DNA of 64,000 bases from Marispirochaeta sp. (GTDB taxonomy: Bacteria > Spirochaetota > Spirochaetia > JC444 > Marispirochaetaceae): assembly GCA_963676835.2 (NCBI GenBank), contig CAXXFF010000002.1:1216001-1280000 (forward strand), in the 5' to 3' direction. The notes beneath the pieces were generated by a model. It made no database searches. It saw nothing but the letters and a program-made list of their open reading frames with translations, and was not told where the DNA came from. The first letter of the stretch is position 1. Each line of letters begins with the position of its first letter. The position numbers and the translations under genes were made by a program. Below, piece after piece: positions 1 to 8,904 of this stretch.

Positions 1-237
1 TCGATTATTCTGTATAACAGTGAAGAGCAGCGTATCCAGGCAGAGGATGAGATTAACCTGGCAGGAGAACTGTATGAGGATCCGGTGGTAACGGAGCTCA
101 CGGAACTGGAATCTTTTTATCCCGCTGAAGCCTATCACCAGAACTATTACGAACTGAATACCTCCGCAGGCTACTGCAGGGCTGTAATCCGTCCCAAGCT
201 TGCAAAGCTGGGGCTGGAACTGGAATCGGTTTTATAA
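1..237 (+). CDS. msrA: Peptide methionine sulfoxide reductase A, 3' end (runs off the window start)
   Basis: Frame 1 translates to ...VVTELTELESFYPAEAYHQNYYELNTSAGYCRAVIRPKLAKL..., the MsrA C-terminal FYPAExYHQ motif plus GYC; stop TAA at 235-237. Not in the ORF track because the start lies outside the window. Confidence 0.9.
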   Translation, partial: SIILYNSEEQRIQAEDEINLAGELYEDPVVTELTELESFYPAEAYHQNYYELNTSAGYCRAVIRPKLAKLGLELESVL

Positions 238-305
238 AAACTTTCCTTGACCATTCCCCTCTGGCCCCGGTAGCATGTTAGAAAACAGTTAGCACCGGAG
301 GGTTT

Positions 306-839
306 ATGGATCCAGACAGCATACCCAAAGAGCTTCTGCCTCTTTTCGGCAGAAGAAGTATACGGCGTTTTACCGAAAAGCCGGTAAGAAAAGAGGATAT
401 TCAGCTTCTGCTTGAGGCTGCCATGGCGGCTCCGTCTGCGGTGGCCCGGGATCCGTGGCGTTTTGTAATAATTCGTGAAAAAGGAACCCTTACCCTGATG
501 AGTGAGGGCCTTCCCAACGGTAAGCTTCTTGCTTCTGCACAACTTGGAATTGTTGTATGCGGCGATATTGAATCTGCCCATAACAACCTTGAAGGCTATA
601 TGGTTCAGGATTGCACCGCTGCCCTGGAGAATATGCTCATTGCCGCCCATGTTCTGGGACTTGGGGCCTGCTGGCTCGGAGTATACCCCCGGCCGGAGCG
701 TCAGGAGTGGATTACCGGTATTCTTGAGCTGCCCGAACCGATCATTCCCCTCTCTATTGCAGCCATAGGATACCCCGATGAAACCAAGCCTCCCCGTACC
801 CGTTTCAATGAATCGTATGTGCATCATGAGTTGTGGTAA
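306..839 (+). CDS. Nitroreductase family protein
   Basis: RRSIRRF, AAMAAPSA...PWRF and GLGACWLG motifs; GAGGG ribosome-binding site upstream. Confidence 0.92.
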   Translation: MDPDSIPKELLPLFGRRSIRRFTEKPVRKEDIQLLLEAAMAAPSAVARDPWRFVIIREKGTLTLMSEGLPNGKLLASAQLGIVVCGDIESAHNNLEGYMVQDCTAALENMLIAAHVLGLGACWLGVYPRPERQEWITGILELPEPIIPLSIAAIGYPDETKPPRTRFNESYVHHELW

Positions 840-840
840 A

Positions 841-873
841 TCCCATATATGAGACAACATACCCTATATGGGA
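841..873. promoter_or_regulatory. Tandem near-palindromic operator candidate upstream of the KDG kinase gene
   Basis: TCCCATATATGAGA (841-854) and TACCCTATATGGGA (860-873); the outer 9 bp arms TCCCATATA/TATATGGGA form a perfect inverted repeat. Confidence 0.45.
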
Positions 874-934
874 CACTTGGCAAATGGTTAAATTTCTGTT
901 TATAGTTAAATATTGACTCATTACTAAGGAGGGT

Positions 935-2032
935 ATGATGATTAAAATACGACCTGCAAATGAATGTAAATATGCGTGTCTTTCCCTGGGAGAGATTATG
1001 CTGCGTCTCGATCCGGGCGACGGACGTGTAAGGACTGCCCGTTCTTTCCAGGCATGGGAAGGCGGCGGAGAGTATAACGTAACCAGAGGCTTGAGAAAAT
1101 GTTTCAATCTGCCTACAGCGGTAGTTACCGCCTTTGCGGACAACGAAGTGGGGCACCTGGTTGAGGATTTTATCCTTCAGGGCGGTGTGGCTACGGAATA
1201 TGTAAAGTGGGTTTCCTACGATGGTATCGGACGGTCCGTTCGTAACGGTATCAACTTTACCGAAAAAGGCTACGGTATCCGGGCTGCACTTGGTACTTCC
1301 GACCGGGGAAACACTGCTGCCAGCCAGCTGAAGGCCGGCGACATCGACTGGGAACAGATCTTTGGAAAAGACGGTGTTCAGTGGTTTCACACCGGAGGAA
1401 TCTACGCGGCTCTCTCCGAGACAACCCCGGATGTTGTTATCGAGGCTCTGAAGACTGCCAAGAAATACGGAACTATTACTTCGTACGACCTGAACTTCCG
1501 TCCTTCTCTCTGGAAGGGAATCGGCGGCAAGGAAAAAGCCCAGGAAGTAAACCGGGAAATTGCAAAGTATGTTGATGTAATGATCGGTAATGAAGAGGAT
1601 TTTACCGCCAGTCTCGGTTTTGAGGTTGAAGGCGCCGATGAAGATCTTACTGTACTGCCTATTGAAGGCTACAAGAAGATGATTGAGACTGCCATCAAGA
1701 CCTATCCCAACTTCCAGGCTGTGGCAACTACCCTGCGGACCGTACACTCCGCCAGTGTCAATGACTGGGGTGCCCTCTGCTGGCACGAAGGTACTGTTCA
1801 TGAAGCTACTCACCGGGAAAAACTCGAGATTTATGACCGTGTCGGCGGTGGCGACAGCTTTGCTTCCGGTCTAATCTACGGGTTCCTGAAGCACAATGAT
1901 GCTGCCCAGGCGGTAGAGTACGGTGCCGCCCATGGCGCACTTGCTATGACCACCCCCGGGGATACCTCCATGGCAACCCTCAGCGAGGTGGAACGTCTGG
2001 TAGGCGGAGGCGGAGCCCGGGTTATCCGGTAA
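935..2032 (+). CDS. kdgK: PfkB-family sugar kinase, 2-keto-3-deoxygluconate kinase type
   Basis: GEIMLRL, GGGEYNV, YDLNFRPSLW, DRVGGGDSF and TTPGD motifs; AAGGAGG RBS. Confidence 0.8.
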   Translation: MMIKIRPANECKYACLSLGEIMLRLDPGDGRVRTARSFQAWEGGGEYNVTRGLRKCFNLPTAVVTAFADNEVGHLVEDFILQGGVATEYVKWVSYDGIGRSVRNGINFTEKGYGIRAALGTSDRGNTAASQLKAGDIDWEQIFGKDGVQWFHTGGIYAALSETTPDVVIEALKTAKKYGTITSYDLNFRPSLWKGIGGKEKAQEVNREIAKYVDVMIGNEEDFTASLGFEVEGADEDLTVLPIEGYKKMIETAIKTYPNFQAVATTLRTVHSASVNDWGALCWHEGTVHEATHREKLEIYDRVGGGDSFASGLIYGFLKHNDAAQAVEYGAAHGALAMTTPGDTSMATLSEVERLVGGGGARVIR

Positions 2033-2052
2033 TCCGATTTTATGCCTGTATG

Positions 2053-2082
2053 AAAACGCCGCGGTCCGCCGCGGCGTTTTTT
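2053..2082 (+). terminator. Intrinsic terminator, probably bidirectional
   Basis: AAAACGCCGCGG-TCCG-CCGCGGCGTTTTTT: perfect 12 bp stem with a T tract, just after the kdgK stop. Confidence 0.85.
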
Positions 2083-2133
2083 ATTGATGTCAGGCCCGGC
2101 TTTTACTATTTTGGTCATCAGGAGGTTTGCTTT

Positions 2134-2355
2134 ATGGCAGACAAGAACGACAAAGTTACCGAAAATACCCAGGGTGCCTGGTATGTGGATAACAAATGTA
2201 TCAGCTGCGGACTGTGTCTTGGAGAGGCTCCGGAGGTCTTCAAGTTTAACGATGATGATAAGGCATATGTTTTCCAGCAGCCTGATGCGGATGATGCCGC
2301 TGCAGTCGCTGCAATGGAAAGCTGCCCTGCAGATGCTATAGGAAACGACGGATAA
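2134..2355 (+). CDS. Small monocluster ferredoxin
   Basis: CISCGLC...CPADAI; AGGAGG RBS favours the ATG at 2134 over 2050. Confidence 0.88.
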   Translation: MADKNDKVTENTQGAWYVDNKCISCGLCLGEAPEVFKFNDDDKAYVFQQPDADDAAAVAAMESCPADAIGNDG

Positions 2356-2370
2356 GGGCCGTGGCGGCGG

Positions 2371-2919
2371 CTATAGCCGCTGCTGTTCCTCGGCTCTGGC
2401 AAGAATAAACAGAAAATCACTCAGACGGTTCAGGTAATTCTGCACTCCGGATAGATGTATGGAACCGTCGCGGCGAATGCAGCGAACCACTGCCCGCTCA
2501 GCCCTGCGGCAGACACTTCTGCCTATGTCTATTTGAGATGAGAGTTCAGTTTTTCCTGGGAGAATAAACTCCGCTTCGATGCGGGTTTTCTTAAGCAGGC
2601 TGTATTCGATCTTCTCAATATGCTCAATATCTTCCGGGGTCAGTTTTGAAATAGTATGAAACTGTTCAGATGCCCGGGGTGTTGCAATCTCCCCTCCGGC
2701 GGTGATCAGGTTTTTCTGAATAACTTCAATATCGGCTATGGTATTTCCGGAAGCTCTCTTTCTGAGCCCGGTTTTGATCAGCCCCAGCCATGATGAGAGT
2801 TCGTCTATATCGCCCAGGGCATCGAAGATGTGTTCGTCTTTTCCCCGGCGTTCCCCGTTATACAGACAGCTGTCGCCTCTGTCGCCGGCCCGGGTGGTTA
2901 CCTGTTCAAATTCAAGCAT
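2371..2919 (-). CDS. Cob(I)alamin adenosyltransferase, PduO type
   Basis: TTRAGDRG, GDIDELSS, FILPG, RSVCRRAER and YLNRLSDFLFILAR motifs. Confidence 0.92.
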   Translation of the reverse strand: MLEFEQVTTRAGDRGDSCLYNGERRGKDEHIFDALGDIDELSSWLGLIKTGLRKRASGNTIADIEVIQKNLITAGGEIATPRASEQFHTISKLTPEDIEHIEKIEYSLLKKTRIEAEFILPGKTELSSQIDIGRSVCRRAERAVVRCIRRDGSIHLSGVQNYLNRLSDFLFILARAEEQQRL

Positions 2920-2977
2920 ATGCCATTACTATACCGTTTTTTTCCCTTTCCGGGCCAGTGTTCCGGCTGCCGGCGGG

Positions 2978-4951
2978 CTACTCCCGGGCAAGGAGAAATC
3001 CGTCCATCTCCTCATCTCTTTTAACCAGAAAATCCTCCAGTGCGGAATCGGGCATCTTGGCAAAATCGCCGAAGGTACTGGAGGTATTTATATCGATATC
3101 AAATCCGCCGGAAACATAGGTGGTTGGGTAGAAGGCCAGCCTCTTTTCCGCGTGAATGCCCTTTTTCATAAAGGTCTGTACCCCTTTACGGATGAGCCGC
3201 AGTTTGGTAAGAGCGTCCTCTCTGCTGCGGATGGACCATACCCCGAAGTGGATGGGCTTTTCTTCCACGTTCAGGTCTCCCAGGAACTCTCCTCTCAACA
3301 GCTTGTCCCGCTCTTTTTTCAGGTAGGGTACAAAATCCAGATGCTCTGCCAGTTTGCGGTCGGTGGCAAAGAAATTACCCGTTTCCGGGTCGGTTGTGAA
3401 TATTATAACGTTGCGGTAGGCCTGGCCGTAGCTGCGGAAGAGGGAGGCCCAGAAGTTATCCGGGTTGACCGCTTCTTCCAGAATCTGGCTGCGCCGGTAG
3501 ATCTCCCGGCTTATATCAATAAGCCAGTTTCTGTACTGAATAACATCGCACTTGAGAGATCCTATCTCCTGTTTCAGTTCGGCTTCGGTTTTAACTCCCT
3601 GGAGGTAGCCGAGGATTGTACGGTAGATATCGCGGATATTATGGTAGCGGCTGAACTGGGTAATAAGATCGAACATGAATATCTCAATCTTGCGGATCTG
3701 CCATATATAGGCCACAACCTCCCGGCGGGGGGTGTCCGGCAGGACTGTTGCCACTTCCCAGAGATCTTTGAACTCATTGTAGCGCCGGTTCATCTGGACA
3801 TACCAGGCGGTAACGGTTTCCCGGTTCATATGGAAACGGATACTCCAGGAAGTCCCCTGACCGAGGATGCTCGAAACCTCAATGTTTTCAGCACCGAAGG
3901 TTGCATATATCTGCTGTGTTCCGATGCCTTCACCCGTACGTTTGCCCTTGGTTGTTTTCCCTACAAAGCGGGGAAAACCCTGTTCGTCCTTCTCCAAAAG
4001 TTCCAGGGGGATTCCCATGCCGTTGTCGGCAATGGTCAGGTTGAGAAACTCACCGGTTTCCCGCAGGGAGATATCGATAATCCCTTTACGGTCAGCCTCT
4101 TCAATGGCATCCAGGGCATTGGATACAATGTTGACCAGGGCCCTGCCGATATCGATGTAATAGCCCTGTATGGTGGGGGCTCCGGTATCAAGATCCAGCC
4201 TCAGTTCGCAGCGGATATCAGAGCTCTGAACATAGGGCACAATCCGTTCAAATATCAGGGCCAGCAGATCAACATTATGTACGATCTTCATGTTGTCCCT
4301 GAAGGCATTGAGAATATTGATCAGGGTTGTCGATTCCCTGTTTATATTTTCAACTATTTTGCCGCTGTTCTCCGAGCCAAGGGCTTCCACCATGGAAGAG
4401 ATAAGCCGGGTCACCTTGCGGGCGTCATGACGTGTTTTACTTATCTCTTCCGGCGCCAGGTCCCGGTGCTGTCTGAGCCCTTCTATCTGTTCCAGAACAA
4501 CCGGCCCGGCTGCTATAAGCCGGTGGTAAACGAGTTTGCGGTAGGCGATGGATGTTTCCATCTGAAAACCGTACTTCTGGAAAAACTCAATGGTATCGAT
4601 CTGTTTTTCCCAGATATGAATATGGATGGCAGATGAATCGGGGATATCTTCAGCAAGCTGCTCGATAAAGCTTGACCCGATACCCCGTCCTCTTCCGAAG
4701 GGGCTGGTTACAATCTTGTATATAAGAAAATCCGTTTCGGCAGGATCGGAGTAGACCAGCATATAGCCGAGTATCTCGCCTTCTTCCACCCATACATAGC
4801 TGTGCTCATAGTCTTTCCGTACCGCAGGGTTATGCACAAAGGGGGAGGGGATTACAAAGGTATCGATGTTAAGGAGGGGATTGCGCATTACCCGTTCTTC
4901 AATGTCGGGGTTCATATTGAGAATAAACTGATACCTCTCAATCTGCTGCAT
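2978..4951 (-). CDS. GNAT acetyltransferase domain fused to a histidine kinase/HATPase domain and a long C-terminal domain
   Basis: GNAT motif A (TSPFGRGRGIGS) at the N-terminus; putative H-box RHDARK; N-box NIVSNALDA, G1 DNGMGI, G2 GEGIG; no TM segments. Confidence 0.8.
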   Translation of the reverse strand: MQQIERYQFILNMNPDIEERVMRNPLLNIDTFVIPSPFVHNPAVRKDYEHSYVWVEEGEILGYMLVYSDPAETDFLIYKIVTSPFGRGRGIGSSFIEQLAEDIPDSSAIHIHIWEKQIDTIEFFQKYGFQMETSIAYRKLVYHRLIAAGPVVLEQIEGLRQHRDLAPEEISKTRHDARKVTRLISSMVEALGSENSGKIVENINRESTTLINILNAFRDNMKIVHNVDLLALIFERIVPYVQSSDIRCELRLDLDTGAPTIQGYYIDIGRALVNIVSNALDAIEEADRKGIIDISLRETGEFLNLTIADNGMGIPLELLEKDEQGFPRFVGKTTKGKRTGEGIGTQQIYATFGAENIEVSSILGQGTSWSIRFHMNRETVTAWYVQMNRRYNEFKDLWEVATVLPDTPRREVVAYIWQIRKIEIFMFDLITQFSRYHNIRDIYRTILGYLQGVKTEAELKQEIGSLKCDVIQYRNWLIDISREIYRRSQILEEAVNPDNFWASLFRSYGQAYRNVIIFTTDPETGNFFATDRKLAEHLDFVPYLKKERDKLLRGEFLGDLNVEEKPIHFGVWSIRSREDALTKLRLIRKGVQTFMKKGIHAEKRLAFYPTTYVSGGFDIDINTSSTFGDFAKMPDSALEDFLVKRDEEMDGFLLARE

Positions 4952-4966
4952 ATACTATCCTTAAGG

Positions 4967-5713
4967 TTATGCCTGGTCACCAACGGGGATGTCTTTTTCC
5001 ACAACCTCGGATATGGTGCTTTTCCGCTTTTTTCTGAAGCGCCGGTGATACTCTTCTTCCACTTCATCCGCCCTGTTGGCGGTTCTGCGTACCCAGTCCA
5101 GACGGAGTTCGGTGAGTTCGCTTTCGGTCAGCTGCCATGGGAGATCGGATTCCCGCAGCCGTTGGGTCAGTTCGTAGAGAATTACCGCCACTGAAACGGA
5201 TATGTTGAAGCTTTCTGCGAATCCCGCCATGGGGATGGTCAGAAACTCATCGGCAGCCTCTTTTACCAGGGGGCTGACTCCGTCCCGTTCGTTTCCGAAA
5301 ATAAATGCGGCTTTGCCTTTGGCAAGATCAAATTCCGGCAGGCTCACCGCCTTCGGTCCCGGAGGCACTGTGGCAATAATGCGGTAGCCGCTGTTTTTCA
5401 GCTCCTGCAGCGCTTCGGCAGTGTTGTTTTCCTTTTCCTTGTGGCGGTGAATAGTCAGCCAGCGGGTTGTTCCCAGGGCAACATGCCTGTTTATGGTGGG
5501 GAGTTTATTGTTGTTTTCCAGAAAATGAACATCCTGAATGCCGAAACACTCACAGCTTCGAAGCAGGGCACTGGCATTCTGGCTGTAATAGAGGTTCTCT
5601 GCTGCCAGGGTAATATATTTCGTCCGCTGTGCGGATACTTCCAGGATTTTTTCCAGCCTGTCGTCGGTAACATGGCGGGACATTAATTCAAAAAGTTGTG
5701 AATCGTCTAACAT
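4967..5713 (-). CDS. TrmH/SpoU-family tRNA methyltransferase
   Basis: ENLYYSQNASALLRSCECFG, FGNERDGVS and IPMAGFAESFNISV; start chosen at ATG 5713. Confidence 0.88.
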   Translation of the reverse strand: MLDDSQLFELMSRHVTDDRLEKILEVSAQRTKYITLAAENLYYSQNASALLRSCECFGIQDVHFLENNNKLPTINRHVALGTTRWLTIHRHKEKENNTAEALQELKNSGYRIIATVPPGPKAVSLPEFDLAKGKAAFIFGNERDGVSPLVKEAADEFLTIPMAGFAESFNISVSVAVILYELTQRLRESDLPWQLTESELTELRLDWVRRTANRADEVEEEYHRRFRKKRKSTISEVVEKDIPVGDQA

Positions 5714-5758
5714 GAGGAGACTACTTTTACATAAATGCAGGGAAAAGTTAAGCAATTA

Positions 5759-5841
5759 CCCCGAAGCAGGAGAAATAATTACACCCGCTTCGGGGAATCA
5801 CTTTATGGCTCAGTGAAAACAATTGAGTTTTCAGTTGGGCC
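5759..5841 (-). terminator. Two stem-loops downstream of the RRM gene
   Basis: CCCCGAAGC...GCTTCGGGG (5759-5795) and TGAAAAC-AATTGA-GTTTTCA within about 5808-5841. Confidence 0.45.
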
Positions 5842-5845
5842 CTGA

Positions 5846-6112
5846 TTAGAAACGGGGAGCCCGTTCTTTTTCGATTGCTTCGCGTACTTTAAGCTGGCGT
5901 CCGTCCAGATCAGCACCATCCAGTGCTGTCAGTACTGCAGATGCTTCCTCGGCTGAACCCATTTCGACAAAGGCAAAGCCCTTGGAGCGGCGGGTTTCCC
6001 GGTCGGTGATGATACGAACCGAGGTAACGGTACCGTACTGGCTGAATAATTCACGAATGCTGTCTTCGTCGGAACGGTAATTGATATTTCCGACGTAAAG
6101 TTTACTGGACAT
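5846..6112 (-). CDS. RRM-domain RNA-binding protein
   Basis: RNP2 LYVGNI and RNP1 KGFAFVEM. Confidence 0.95.
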   Translation of the reverse strand: MSSKLYVGNINYRSDEDSIRELFSQYGTVTSVRIITDRETRRSKGFAFVEMGSAEEASAVLTALDGADLDGRQLKVREAIEKERAPRF

Positions 6113-6254
6113 CTATAGGCCCTCATGGAATGATGAAAATAGGCATCTACCCAAAGGATAGTCGTCATGAGACGTACGCCGAAAAAAAGATTAGAGTATT
6201 GGGTATAAACTGTCAATTTCTTTTTTTAAAATCAGGACATATCCGGGCGGGTTT

Positions 6255-7022
6255 ATGGTGAATATTGAGTATCTTGCAGGGCTGAAAGACAGAAATCTTA
6301 TGAATGAGGGAATCTGTGTCGGAGAGGGCCGATTTGTAGTGGAACGGATGCTTGCACAGGGGCTGGAACCGCTGGCAGTGCTGTCCGTTCCGGGGATGGC
6401 CGACGGACTTGAAGATACCGCAGGAAGCTCTCTCCCCTTAAAAATTGTATCACAGCCGGAGATCGGCGGTATTGCGGGTTTTCCCTTTCACCGGGGGCTC
6501 ATTGCAGCCTTTCGCCGTCCCGAATTCCTTCCGGTGGCAAGCTTTACATTTCCCGCAACGGGCCTGATCCTTGTTCTGGATGCTATTACGGACCCGGTGA
6601 ACCTTGGGGGTATTCTGAGAAGTGCAGCGGCCTTCGGTGCTGCGGCAGCAGTTTTGGGACCCCGCTGCGGTGATCCTTTTTCCCGGCGGGCCATACGGGC
6701 CTCCATGGCGGCCTGCTTTACCGTGCCTCTTATTGACGGGGCAGAGCCGGCAGCGGTTGCTGCTGCTCTCGGGTCGGCCGGGTCGCTTATAACCGGTGCT
6801 GATCTTTGCGAAGGAGCTGTTCCCCTGCCTGAAATGCAGGCAGCTCCCCTGCAGACCCTTATTCTGGGTAATGAGGGGCATGGTATACGGCCTGAGTGGC
6901 GGAGATGCTGTTCCGGATATGTCTCTATTCCCATTCTCGATACGGTGGACTCTCTCAATGTGGGCGTAGCGGCAGGGATTCTCCTCTGTCATCTTGCTGA
7001 TTTACACGGCCCTGTGGTATAA
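6255..7022 (+). CDS. TrmH/SpoU-family RNA methyltransferase
   Basis: DPVNLGGILRSAAAFG, LGNEGHGI and VDSLNVGVAAG. Confidence 0.9.
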   Translation: MVNIEYLAGLKDRNLMNEGICVGEGRFVVERMLAQGLEPLAVLSVPGMADGLEDTAGSSLPLKIVSQPEIGGIAGFPFHRGLIAAFRRPEFLPVASFTFPATGLILVLDAITDPVNLGGILRSAAAFGAAAAVLGPRCGDPFSRRAIRASMAACFTVPLIDGAEPAAVAAALGSAGSLITGADLCEGAVPLPEMQAAPLQTLILGNEGHGIRPEWRRCCSGYVSIPILDTVDSLNVGVAAGILLCHLADLHGPVV

Positions 7023-7033
7023 AATTTCACAGA

Positions 7034-7720
7034 ATGTCGTTTTTACCCTTTGTTATGGCGGTTTTACCCTCTCTTTTTCTGCTGGCCTACTTTGTTCATC
7101 TGGATAAAGCCCGGCCTGAGCCGCGGGGAGAGATCTTAAGGGCATTCTTTCTCGGGGTTTTCTCAACCCTGCCTGCGATTATTCTTGAGTTTACTGCGGA
7201 GATCTTTCTCCGTCCCTGGATAATCAGCCCCCTGGTTTATGCCATGGCGGAAGCCTTTCTTGTGGCAGCCCTCTGTGAGGAGGGTACCAAGCTTTTCATT
7301 GTCCGCTCTTTTATCTATAAGCGTGCCGATTTTGATGAAGTCATGGATGGTATTGTCTATACCGTAGCTGCGGGATTGGGATTCGCCTGTATGGAAAACC
7401 TGCTGTATGTAGCCTCCGGCGGTATGACGGTAGCCCTGGTCCGGGCCTTTACGGCAGTTCCGCTGCATACCATCTGCTCCGTTCTGCTGGGATACTCCAT
7501 CGGTATGGCCCGTTTTGTGCCAACCGCTTCAGAGGAGCAGAGCCTGATGTTCCGGGGCCTCGCTGCAGCAGTTCTTATGCATGGTGTGTACGATTTCTTC
7601 CTTTTTGCCGCACCGGTCCTTGGCGGGCTCTCAGCATTCATGGTGTTTCCACTTCTTTTTGCCGGAATCTTTATGGTGCGCAGACGGGTACGCAGAGCTC
7701 TGGCCTTCGACGTCAGATGA
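7034..7720 (+). CDS. PrsW-family intramembrane metalloprotease
   Basis: Multi-TM; EEGTK, GLGFACMEN, RAFTAVPLH and HGVYD motifs. Confidence 0.9.
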   Translation: MSFLPFVMAVLPSLFLLAYFVHLDKARPEPRGEILRAFFLGVFSTLPAIILEFTAEIFLRPWIISPLVYAMAEAFLVAALCEEGTKLFIVRSFIYKRADFDEVMDGIVYTVAAGLGFACMENLLYVASGGMTVALVRAFTAVPLHTICSVLLGYSIGMARFVPTASEEQSLMFRGLAAAVLMHGVYDFFLFAAPVLGGLSAFMVFPLLFAGIFMVRRRVRRALAFDVR

Positions 7721-7827
7721 TTTTTTTCTAAAAATGTAAGGGCTTTCCTTGACGGGGTAATGGTTTCTGCGGTTATTATTATCCATAAGAGTACAGACTG
7801 TATTCTTTCTGAAAAAAGGAGAAAACA

Positions 7828-8280
7828 ATGATTCAGGATCGTATTGCCAACGGAAAGCTCTATTCATGCATCGGAAAAAATTTCGCTGAGGCTTTTGCCT
7901 GGCTTGAGACGGTAAAACCGGAAGATCTGACAGTGGGCCGGGTTGATATCAAGGGGGATGAAATCTTCGCTCTTGTTCAGCAGTATACCACCAAAGAGCT
8001 TTCCCAGGGCTTCCTTGAAACTCATAACAACTATGCTGATATTCAGGTTGTTCTTAAGGGCAAAGAAAGAATGGGCTACTGCTATAAAGAGGGTATGACC
8101 GTTACCCAGCCCTATTCTGCGGAAAAAGATGTGGAGAAGTATGAAATGAAAGAGTGTACCCATCTTCTGGTACCTGCTGGAAACTTTGCTGTTTTCTTCC
8201 CCGAAGATGTACACGGACCTCAGCTTGCCTATGACAAGCCCGAAGAAGTGCTGAAGATTGTTCTGAAGGTCAAGCTGTAA
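7828..8280 (+). CDS. YhcH/YjgK/YiaL family protein
   Basis: ETHNNYADIQ and FAVFFPEDVHGP; AGGAG RBS. Confidence 0.9.
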   Translation: MIQDRIANGKLYSCIGKNFAEAFAWLETVKPEDLTVGRVDIKGDEIFALVQQYTTKELSQGFLETHNNYADIQVVLKGKERMGYCYKEGMTVTQPYSAEKDVEKYEMKECTHLLVPAGNFAVFFPEDVHGPQLAYDKPEEVLKIVLKVKL

Positions 8281-8373
8281 AGCAAACCGGGGACATTTCG
8301 GGATTTCCTTCAGTTCCTGTGATATCTTGCACTATCGAAAAATGCTGTTATAGTTAAGAAAAGGGAGTGCAGG

Positions 8374-8901
8374 ATGACACAAAGTACGGAAATTGCCGAA
8401 TATCTGGAAGAACTGCAGCAGCTGCTTTTTTTCCGCCCTCTCAGTGCAGACGAGATACAAGACTTTGTAGGCAAGGGTGAAATCCTTGCCTGCGAATTTG
8501 ATGACCGCATAGTCAAGGAGGGAGAGTTTGATCCCTCCTTTTATGTTGTTATCCGCGGTTCTGTTAATGTGATGGTGAAACAGAAAAGCGAAGAGGTTTT
8601 TATCTGTGCCATCGGTGCCGGTGATGTGTTCGGCGAAGCTTCAATATTTTCCAAAGTAAAAAGAACCGCAGCGGTAATTGCTGCGGAGGAAACGGTCCTT
8701 CTGCGGATTCAGCGCCCCAGTATGATGAGCTTTATCAAGGAAAATCCCCGCGGCGGGAACAAGGTTCTCATGCTTATTATTTTCAGCCTGCTCCGCAAGC
8801 TCCGTGGTACGAATCAGGAGCTTGCCTTTGAGCGCAGGCTGGATATCAACCAGGACGATGTTGATGCCCTGGTTGATCAGTTAACAGGAAACGGCGGCTG
8901 A
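8374..8901 (+). CDS. Cyclic-nucleotide-binding domain protein without an HTH
   Basis: GDVFGEASI...RTAAVIA cNMP pocket; short C-terminal helix only. Confidence 0.85.
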   Translation: MTQSTEIAEYLEELQQLLFFRPLSADEIQDFVGKGEILACEFDDRIVKEGEFDPSFYVVIRGSVNVMVKQKSEEVFICAIGAGDVFGEASIFSKVKRTAAVIAAEETVLLRIQRPSMMSFIKENPRGGNKVLMLIIFSLLRKLRGTNQELAFERRLDINQDDVDALVDQLTGNGG

Positions 8902-8904
8902 TTC

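Noticed and set aside
824..1813. 329-aa minus-strand ORF, and the 229-aa ORF at 171-860
   Set aside because: Antisense to kdgK and the nitroreductase gene, which have clear family motifs and RBSs.
2738..4636. 632-aa plus-strand ORF
   Set aside because: Antisense shadow of the GNAT-kinase gene; no motifs and it overlaps two credible minus-strand genes.
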